This document shows, one piece after another, positions 25,713-32,000 of a stretch of DNA of 32,000 bases (within the stretch, counting starts at the first letter, position 1; every line of letters begins with the position of its first letter). This DNA is from Candidatus Iainarchaeum sp. (GTDB lineage Archaea; Iainarchaeota; Iainarchaeia; Iainarchaeales; 0-14-0-20-30-16), in contig JAQTTP010000007.1 of the NCBI GenBank assembly GCA_028710695.1, positions 1 through 32,000 of the forward strand, read 5' to 3'. Made by a program: the position numbers and the translations under genes. A model generated the notes under the pieces. That model saw only the letters and a list, made by a program, of their open reading frames with translations. It was not told the DNA's origin and ran no database searches.

Positions 25713-26462
25713 TTATTCTTTTTCCAAAGGCAGGGTTAAATTACTGTCCCAGATTGCCCTAAAATAATTTTTATAACTCTCTGCTAAATTCTTGTCAATT
25801 ATTCTAACTGCAAAAGGAAACTCTTTATACCAAAATACCAATACAACTCTATCCCCATAAATCCAGGTGGATGCCGGAGATTCATAACTTTCTGGCATGT
25901 ACTTAACTTGTGTATATTGCATTGCTGCAAATTCTTTTCCTCTTTTCATACTTTGTGGAGTGTTTATCATTATTATCTTCAGGGGGATTTTTGCTTGTTG
26001 CCGTTCTTTTTCAAATGAATGGGCTCTTGCACCACTTATTTCGGGGCCTTTTCCAGGAACATTATAACCAAACCATTCTTGCTTCTGCCTAACAACATCA
26101 TTATAAATAGTTTTTAATCCTTCCAAACCCTCCAAAATCTCCACAATTGGCTTGTTAAATCTTGGTTTATAGAGATTAATCAGTTCTGGCAAAATCTCCT
26201 CAAAAGCTTTTTCTTTTTCTTTTAAGTGGTCCAATATTTTATTTGGCTCTGCGGCACGATAATATCTTACATTATTTTTTATGATATAGGTAACAATTCC
26301 TTTTTCTTCCAAAGTTTCCAAAATAGAATATAGTAAACTTCTGTTTATTTTTGTCCTATTTGCTATTTCGGAAACTAATGCATCCCCCAAGTTAAGTAAG
26401 GCGGTGTAAACCTTTGCTTCTTTAGGGGTTAAGCCTATTTTTTCCAATTGTTCAAGATCCAT
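25713..26462 (-). CDS. TrmB-family transcriptional regulator
   Basis: 249 aa; LEKIGLTPKEAKVYTALLNLGDALVSEIANRTKINRSLLYSILETLEEKGIVTYI winged helix, then a sensor-like C-terminal domain. Confidence 0.87.
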   Translation of the reverse strand: MDLEQLEKIGLTPKEAKVYTALLNLGDALVSEIANRTKINRSLLYSILETLEEKGIVTYIIKNNVRYYRAAEPNKILDHLKEKEKAFEEILPELINLYKPRFNKPIVEILEGLEGLKTIYNDVVRQKQEWFGYNVPGKGPEISGARAHSFEKERQQAKIPLKIIMINTPQSMKRGKEFAAMQYTQVKYMPESYESPASTWIYGDRVVLVFWYKEFPFAVRIIDKNLAESYKNYFRAIWDSNLTLPLEKE

Positions 26463-26569
26463 ACCTATTACTAACTAAGAAATTATTTTAAAGATGTTGT
26501 TATAAAAAAACAACAAGGGATTTTATTCTCCAAAAGCCAAAGAGATAATATAACCCACGAGGTGGTTTA

Positions 26570-27709
26570 ATGGATATATGGAAAATAATAACTATTTTCA
26601 TTGTTATAATTGCTATTTTTGCAGTAGTTTTAGATGTAAGTAATGTTGGATTTTTTTCATTAAATAATAGCCCAGAGACAATAAAAGTGGGCGTAATTCT
26701 ACCATTAACAGGAAGCAACTCTGCAGATGCAGGAATACCTATAAAAAAGGGATTAGATTTGGCTCTTGAGGAATTAGATAAAGGCAATACAGACTATAAA
26801 ATAGAATTGGTCTACGAAGATTCACAATATGACAGCAAGGTTGCTGTACAAGCAATACAAAAACTTCTTAATATAGATAAAATAAAATTTATTATCGGGG
26901 AAGCGGGCTCAAGCCAAACATTAGCAATCGCTCCAATTGCTGAGCAAAATAAAATTATTCTAATTTCAACAGCATCACAATCAGACAAAGTTTCAACAGC
27001 AGGAGATTATATTTTTAGAACACAATCAAATGTATCTCAAGAAGCAGAGTTCTTTGCGCCTTATTTGAAAGAACAATTAGGTAACAAAAGCCTTGCAATA
27101 ATTGGGATGAACACAGATTATGGAAAATCATATTCTGATGCTTTTACTAGAGTATTCACAAACTTAGGCGGAAATATCAAATTCTCAGAACTTTACGACA
27201 AAGACGAAAAAGATTTTAAAACAATTTTATCAAAAATAGATGCCGCCAGCGCAGATGCAATATTAATTGCTGGCTTAAGAGAACCAAACGGAATGATACT
27301 AAAGCAAGCCAAGGAATTGAATTTAATAAAACCATTTTATGCAACATCAGCAACACAAGGAAAAGAGTTTTTACAAATTGCTGGAGACTCTGCAGAAGGA
27401 TTAATTTATGCGTATCCTTTTGATGAAACTAGCAATATTATTTCTATGAAATCATATCAAGAAAAATTCTCAGAAAAATATGGCGAAAGCAGCGATATGC
27501 TTTCTGCAAATGCATATGATGCATTAATACTATTAAACACCTGCTTTAAAGAAGTCGGAACAGACCCAGACAATGTAAAGACTTGTTTATACAATACAAA
27601 AGATTACAAAGGCGCAAGCGGAATATTAACATTCGATGCAAACGGAGATGTAAAGAAAAACTTTGTCCTAAAAACAGTTAAAAATGGAAAGTTTGTAAAG
27701 CTTTCCTAA
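26570..27709 (+). CDS. Branched-chain amino acid ABC-type substrate-binding protein (Peripla_BP_6-like), N-terminally membrane anchored
   Basis: 379 aa; hydrophobic IITIFIVIIAIFAVVLDVS, then IKVGVILPLTGSNSADAGIPIKKGLDLALEE and IGEAGSSQTLAIAPIAEQNKIILISTAS. SD-like GAGGTGGT before the ATG. Confidence 0.88.
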   Translation: MDIWKIITIFIVIIAIFAVVLDVSNVGFFSLNNSPETIKVGVILPLTGSNSADAGIPIKKGLDLALEELDKGNTDYKIELVYEDSQYDSKVAVQAIQKLLNIDKIKFIIGEAGSSQTLAIAPIAEQNKIILISTASQSDKVSTAGDYIFRTQSNVSQEAEFFAPYLKEQLGNKSLAIIGMNTDYGKSYSDAFTRVFTNLGGNIKFSELYDKDEKDFKTILSKIDAASADAILIAGLREPNGMILKQAKELNLIKPFYATSATQGKEFLQIAGDSAEGLIYAYPFDETSNIISMKSYQEKFSEKYGESSDMLSANAYDALILLNTCFKEVGTDPDNVKTCLYNTKDYKGASGILTFDANGDVKKNFVLKTVKNGKFVKLS

Positions 27710-28086
27710 TTTTTTAATTTAAAAAACATCTTAACAACCGGTGCAATCTCAAACTTATCTAAATCTTTCAAATCTATCCAATTAAAATCCGTATGTTCGT
27801 GGCTTAATTTAACTTTTCCAGAATAATTTTTTATTTTGAAAACAAAGAAGTGAATCTTTTCTCCTTTTTCAGTATAATCAAATTCAGAAAACTTATCTTC
27901 CGGAACTACAGCAAGATTTGTCTCTTCTTTTGCCTCTCTCACCACAGATTGATCTGATGTTTCCCCTAATTCCTGTTTACCACCCGGAAAATCCCAAAGC
28001 CCTGGAAAGAATTTTGCTTTTGCAGATCTCTTTACAAGAAGCACTTTATTACTATCAGATATTACTGCTTTGGCTACTGTAATCAT
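27706..28086 (-). CDS. Nudix hydrolase
   Basis: 126 aa; GLWDFPGGKQELGETSDQSVVREAKEETNL fits the Nudix box. Confidence 0.93.
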   Translation of the reverse strand: MITVAKAVISDSNKVLLVKRSAKAKFFPGLWDFPGGKQELGETSDQSVVREAKEETNLAVVPEDKFSEFDYTEKGEKIHFFVFKIKNYSGKVKLSHEHTDFNWIDLKDLDKFEIAPVVKMFFKLKN

Positions 28087-28161
28087 AAGATAACTAATAA
28101 AAGGAATTATATAAAAAGTTTTGGAAAATAAAAAAAGTAAAAAAAGATAAAAAGTTAAGAA

Positions 28162-28293
28162 CTAGTTAAGTTCTCCTCTTCTTCTTGCTCTTTCTCTCTT
28201 ATTTCTCTTCATTCTTTTCTTGTGCCATTTCCATCTACCATCGGCAGCCTTGGTTTTCTTAAATCTACTCGAATCTTTTCCTCTATGTCCCAT
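28162..28293 (-). CDS. Highly basic 43-aa protein, candidate ribosomal protein eL41-like
   Basis: Manual reverse-complement translation: MGHRGKDSSRFKKTKAADGRWKWHKKRMKRNKRERARRRGELN*. WKWHKKRMKRNKRERARRR resembles eL41 (AKWRKKRMRRLKRKRRKMR). SD-like AAGGTGA 7 nt upstream. Absent from the supplied ORF track. Confidence 0.65.
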   Translation of the reverse strand: MGHRGKDSSRFKKTKAADGRWKWHKKRMKRNKRERARRRGELN

Positions 28294-28442
28294 TTATTCA
28301 CCTTTCACTTCCCAACTTCCTGAACATAACTCCTCAGGAATGGTACTTCCTACTTCAGCAGGGTTCTCCTAAAATCAGTAGTAATTAATATAATTATTAC
28401 ATACAGTATATTTTTAATAGTTTACCTTAAAATAGGGATAAA

Positions 28443-29051
28443 ATGGCTTTGACACTACGTAGATTTAACCTACATCTAAGAAATATATTGATTTTTGTAT
28501 ATTTACTTTTATTATACCTCCGTATAGATCGGGGTTATTATGAAATAGGGATTTGTTTTGCTGGGATCATCCTTTTATTCCTCCCAAATATATTAAAACG
28601 GTTTAAAGTCTATATGAGTGATAGTGTTATCTTATTATTCTTTACATTTCTCTTTTTGGGGGTTATTGGGGAAACTATTTCTGTACAGTTCTTTTGGTAT
28701 GACAAAATTTTACATTTGGGAAGCGGGTTTACGTATTTTACTGCGGGAATGGTTTTATTAATTATTAGATATGGAGAATCAAAAGTAAACTATAATTATG
28801 ATAGTGCCACATTGTACAGTTATTTATTTTGTATGTTCATTTTACTTGCTTGGGAAGTATTTGAGGCTATTTGTGACTTTACATTTAGCACAAACCTGCT
28901 TCAGGGCGGTTTAAATGATACATTTTGGGATATATTCTGCGATTTTTTGGGTGCTACCTTTTCCGCAATACTTTTCTTCTGGCACTTTAGAAAAAAACAA
29001 ATAAAGTTACTCTCATTTTTATCAGAAGATCTATTCAGAAAAAGGCTTTAA
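28443..29051 (+). CDS. Polytopic membrane protein, DUF2238/YjdF-like
   Basis: 202 aa, several TM segments; DKILHLGSGFTYFTAGM and LLAWEVFEAICDFTF...GGLNDTFWDIFCDFLGA. Confidence 0.6.
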   Translation: MALTLRRFNLHLRNILIFVYLLLLYLRIDRGYYEIGICFAGIILLFLPNILKRFKVYMSDSVILLFFTFLFLGVIGETISVQFFWYDKILHLGSGFTYFTAGMVLLIIRYGESKVNYNYDSATLYSYLFCMFILLAWEVFEAICDFTFSTNLLQGGLNDTFWDIFCDFLGATFSAILFFWHFRKKQIKLLSFLSEDLFRKRL

Positions 29052-29063
29052 AGACGTGGCAAA

Positions 29064-29603
29064 ATGGATTATTTTTATATAGAGTTAATTAGCAGAATCT
29101 TGTTTTGTATTTTTTCGCTTTTGGCATTAAGCCTTTTGATCAAGATATTATTGCGAAAAGAAGATATTAGCAAACAGGTACAAGACAAACTAATTCCTTA
29201 CAGAACAATTTTCGAAGTAATTTATTTTGCACTGCAGGCATGGTATATAATCTCGCCCATCACTCGATTACAAGCACTATTGATTCCAACAATACCTGGC
29301 TGGCTAGTAGTAGTTGGCTTATGTTTTGCTTTTGTAGGTATTGCCTTGCGGGTTTGGGCACAGTTCAGTTTAGGAAATATGTGGTCTGAAAAAATCAGAC
29401 TTCTTAAAAACCACAAACTAATCAAAACTGGGCCATATCATTATCTAAATCACCCAATGTACTTATCATACATTTTCATAACCATTGGTTCATTTTTAGT
29501 AACTTCCGATTGGTTATTACTTGTGGCAGGATCAATCTATACCATATTATCAGTTCAGAAAATACCTAAAGAAGATTTACTATTAAAAACTCTAAAAAAA
29601 TAA
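29064..29603 (+). CDS. Isoprenylcysteine/phospholipid methyltransferase-like integral membrane protein
   Basis: 179 aa; ALRVWAQFSLGNMWSEKIRLLKNHKLIKTGPYHYLNHPMYLSYIF resembles the ICMT/PEMT motif. Confidence 0.8.
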   Translation: MDYFYIELISRILFCIFSLLALSLLIKILLRKEDISKQVQDKLIPYRTIFEVIYFALQAWYIISPITRLQALLIPTIPGWLVVVGLCFAFVGIALRVWAQFSLGNMWSEKIRLLKNHKLIKTGPYHYLNHPMYLSYIFITIGSFLVTSDWLLLVAGSIYTILSVQKIPKEDLLLKTLKK

Positions 29604-29630
29604 GGGCCTCTACGGCCCAGTTTTTCTTTT
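29604..29630 (+). terminator. Intrinsic-terminator-like hairpin plus T-run
   Basis: GGGCC-TCTAC-GGCCC directly after the stop, followed by AGTTTTTCTTTT. Confidence 0.55.
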
Positions 29631-29674
29631 GGCAAGATTACTTGTTTTCTTTCTTTTTGGCAAACTTAGGCTTA

Positions 29675-29699
29675 TTCTTTCTTTTTTGAAAAGAAAGAA
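29675..29699. repeat. AT-rich hairpin downstream of tRNA-Glu
   Basis: TTCTTTCTTTT-TTG-AAAAGAAAGAA, 11-bp stem, 12 bp from the tRNA 3' end. Confidence 0.85.
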
Positions 29700-29711
29700 A
29701 AAGGATAGTAG

Positions 29712-29783
29712 TGCCCCGACCGGGAATCGAACCCGGGTCGTCGGCTTGAAAGGCCAACGTGATAACCACTACACTACCGGGGC
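29712..29783 (-). tRNA. tRNA-Glu (anticodon TTC)
   Basis: Reverse complement GCCCCGGTAGTGTAGTGGTTATCACGTTGGCCTTTCAAGCCGACGACCCGGGTTCGATTCCCGGTCGGGGCA. Confidence 0.96.
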
Positions 29784-29886
29784 GGGAACAAACTTTCCCC
29801 AAAAAGCTAATTTGCCTTATTGCAAATTACTTTAGGGGGCCAAGAAAATTTCCTTGTATGGAAATTTGTCTTTTCCCGTTAGAGTT

Positions 29887-29918
29887 GCACTACACAAGGT
29901 AGTGCGGTGCTAACGCAC
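29887..29918. repeat. ACAAG-loop double hairpin upstream of tRNA-Glu
   Basis: GCACTAC-ACAAG-GTAGTGC then GTGC-TAAC-GCAC. Confidence 0.75.
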
Positions 29919-30009
29919 ACAACGAGAAAAATTTTGTTTTTCTGTTTTACGTAAAAAAACAGATTATGATTTTATTACTTGCAATATCTTTTAAAAGGTT
30001 ATAGTTGAT

Positions 30010-30600
30010 TTAACCCACTTTTTTCTTTATAAACTTCACAAGAGCACCATCTGCCACAAGCTTCTTATTGCCTTTCATAACACAAATGTTCTCTTTACTT
30101 ACTGCAGGAAGATCTCCGCCCCAGACACCCTTAAAGCCTTTAGATTTCAAAGATTTTGTGTAATTGTCTAAAATGTAAAAGAACTCACGCGGGTCTTTCG
30201 CTTCCTGCTTTTTGTCTATTTTACAAAAAGGGAACTCTTCCCCATAGAACTTATAATTAGGAAATAACCTGCAAATCAGAGGCCTTACATCATAAATTTT
30301 ACATTCTGAGTTCTCCAAAAAGACGCATTTAGAATCTGATTTCAAAGAAAAAGCCATAAAGCAGGATTTGCCATACTTTTCTGCTATTTTCTTATCATCA
30401 ACAGGAGACAGTTTAGCATTATTTTCAAGATCATAGAGCTCAATATAATAATTGGCATATTTATTCAAAAAATCCTTAACACTAATCCTTAAAAAAAAGG
30501 CAATTTCTTTTGCATTTTCGGGAAAAGTAAAAATTGTGTATTTCCTACAGCACAAATCACAGCCAGAACAAGGATTCTTCATAAATACTATTTCTGCCAA
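30010..30600 (-). CDS. YkgJ-family cysteine-cluster protein
   Basis: 196 aa; KNPCSGCDLCCRKYTIF and KCVFLENSECKIYDVRPLICRLFPNY. Confidence 0.87.
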   Translation of the reverse strand: MAEIVFMKNPCSGCDLCCRKYTIFTFPENAKEIAFFLRISVKDFLNKYANYYIELYDLENNAKLSPVDDKKIAEKYGKSCFMAFSLKSDSKCVFLENSECKIYDVRPLICRLFPNYKFYGEEFPFCKIDKKQEAKDPREFFYILDNYTKSLKSKGFKGVWGGDLPAVSKENICVMKGNKKLVADGALVKFIKKKVG

Positions 30601-30636
30601 AGTATATTTAAAAACTGATACATCACTCTTTTTAAT

Positions 30637-32000
30637 ATGGCGAACTATACAAAAGACTTAAAGATTACTGAAAAAGACTTAGAAAAAATAACTAAGGAAA
30701 TAGAATCCCTTGTTGCTAAGTACAGAATTCATTTTAAAGAAATACAAAATCCTTCAAAGATCTTTGGAGTTTGTATGGGAAGCCAAGATCTAAAAATTTA
30801 TTTTGCAAAAAACATAAAAGTCGCACAAGAACTATGTAAAGAAATCACAGAAAAAGTAAATAAATTAAGCATAGACGAACTACAAAAACAATACCCTACT
30901 TGTAACGAAGAAAAACCAAAAGAAAAAAGAGAGAAGAAATTAGAATATCCAAAATTGGAAATCACTGGCGAAGTAGTAACTGCTTACCCTCCAGATCCAT
31001 CAAAATATCCACACATTGGACATGGTTATGCATCTTTTATTAATTACAATTTTGCAAAAATGCACAATGGAAAATTTATTTTAAGATTTGAGGACACAAA
31101 TCCAACAATTGTAAAGAAAGAATATTATGATGCAATCCTTAATGGCCTAAAATGGCTAGGGGTTGTTCCAGACAAAGTTGTAAACGCAAGCGATTATATT
31201 GAAAAATTATATGACGAAACAAGAAAATTCATAAAAGATGGAAATGCCTATATTTGCGATTGTTATGCAGATGTTGTTAAATCAAATAGACAAGCAAGAA
31301 AAGAATGCAAATGTAGAAAAAAATCTATTGAACAAAACTTAGAAGAATTTGAAGATTTAGTAAAAGGAAAATACGAACCCGGAAAAAAATTAGTTAGATT
31401 AAAACTAAATATGAAAAGCAAAAGAGCAGAAATGAGAGACCCAGGAATTATGAGAACTATATTTGATGAGCACCCATTGGCTGGAAAGAAATACAAACTT
31501 TGGCCATCATATGTTTGGCAAAACACATTTTTAGATCATTACAATGGAGTAACACACAGATTTAGATCAAAAGAATTTGAACCTTGGAAACCGGTGCAGG
31601 AAGAAATTGCAAAATTAGCTGGGTTCAAAATGGCACAAATCTACGAATATGCGAGAGTAAATATTTCTGGAGTTAAAGCATCAGGAAGACAAATTAGAGA
31701 ACTAGTTGAAAAAGGAGAAATGGATTGGGATGACCCAAGACTAACTACTTTGTTATCATTAAAAAGAAGAGGATTTATTCCAAATGCAATAAGAGAATTC
31801 ATCCAAAAAATGGGATTATCAAAAACAGAATCCACAGCACAATGGGGAGTACTAGAAAGCTTCAATAGAAAAGAACTTGCGGATGTTGAAAAAGTTGCAT
31901 TCTTTAAGAGCACAAAGGAATTCACAGTAAACAAAGAAAAGATTTACATTGACCCAACTGACCTAAAAGAAGGCACAGAATATAGGTTAAGACATTTTTG
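30637..32000 (+). CDS. gltX: Divergent glutamyl-tRNA synthetase-family protein, 3'-truncated by the window end
   Basis: Manual translation from ATG 30637 (MANYTKDLKITEKDLEKITKEIESLVAKYRIHFKEIQ...); VVTAYPPDPSKYPHIGHGYASFINYNFAKMHNGKFILRFEDTNP, WPSYVWQNTFLDHYNGVTHRFRSKEFEPW, MDWDDPRLTTLLSLKRRGFIPNAI. Not in the ORF track because it runs off the window. Confidence 0.85.
   Translation, partial: MANYTKDLKITEKDLEKITKEIESLVAKYRIHFKEIQNPSKIFGVCMGSQDLKIYFAKNIKVAQELCKEITEKVNKLSIDELQKQYPTCNEEKPKEKREKKLEYPKLEITGEVVTAYPPDPSKYPHIGHGYASFINYNFAKMHNGKFILRFEDTNPTIVKKEYYDAILNGLKWLGVVPDKVVNASDYIEKLYDETRKFIKDGNAYICDCYADVVKSNRQARKECKCRKKSIEQNLEEFEDLVKGKYEPGKKLVRLKLNMKSKRAEMRDPGIMRTIFDEHPLAGKKYKLWPSYVWQNTFLDHYNGVTHRFRSKEFEPWKPVQEEIAKLAGFKMAQIYEYARVNISGVKASGRQIRELVEKGEMDWDDPRLTTLLSLKRRGFIPNAIREFIQKMGLSKTESTAQWGVLESFNRKELADVEKVAFFKSTKEFTVNKEKIYIDPTDLKEGTEYRLRHF

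Noticed and set aside
26500-26787. 95-aa minus-strand ORF overlapping the TrmB/SBP intergenic region
   Set aside because: Mostly antisense to the well-supported substrate-binding protein, with no recognisable family.
29629-29835. 68-aa plus-strand ORF
   Set aside because: It overlaps tRNA-Glu and its flanking hairpin in antisense, and its sequence (TGNRTRVVGLKGQRDNHYTTGAG) is an antisense tRNA translation.
1-32000. CRISPR array or insertion sequence
   Set aside because: I found no regularly spaced direct repeats of 24-37 bp, Cas proteins, transposase or integrase-like ORFs. The repeats seen are short hairpin elements.

Overview
This 32 kb window looks like ordinary chromosome from an archaeon, probably DPANN-like (inference from archaeal-type AlaRS and GluRS-family proteins, NurA, AglB/AglH-like proteins, TrmB and very short intergenic gaps). 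It is rich in translation genes. It has five aminoacyl-tRNA synthetase-family genes (valS, pheT, alaS, serS and a divergent 3'-truncated gltX-like gene) and three tRNA genes: Ser(GGA), Pro(TGG) and Glu(TTC). Other recognisable genes are adk, ndk, the tldD/tldE pair, nurA, a DEAD-box helicase, a P-loop kinase/dCMP-deaminase fusion beside a UMPH-1-like nucleotidase, an AglH/AglB pair, and an orphan ABC-type binding protein beside a TrmB regulator. I see no CRISPR array, transposon or clear defence system. The best leads are: (1) small structured intergenic elements around tRNA genes and serS, including hairpins with changed stems but the same ACAAG loop, near-identical CTTTCTTT/AAAGAAAG hairpins and an exact 21-nt dispersed repeat; (2) a GluRS-family protein with unusual substitutions in its substrate-binding and KMSKS regions; (3) an ORF of 43 aa, absent from the supplied track, that resembles ribosomal protein eL41; (4) an uncharacterised 325-aa protein in tandem with valS; (5) the kinase-deaminase/nucleotidase pair.
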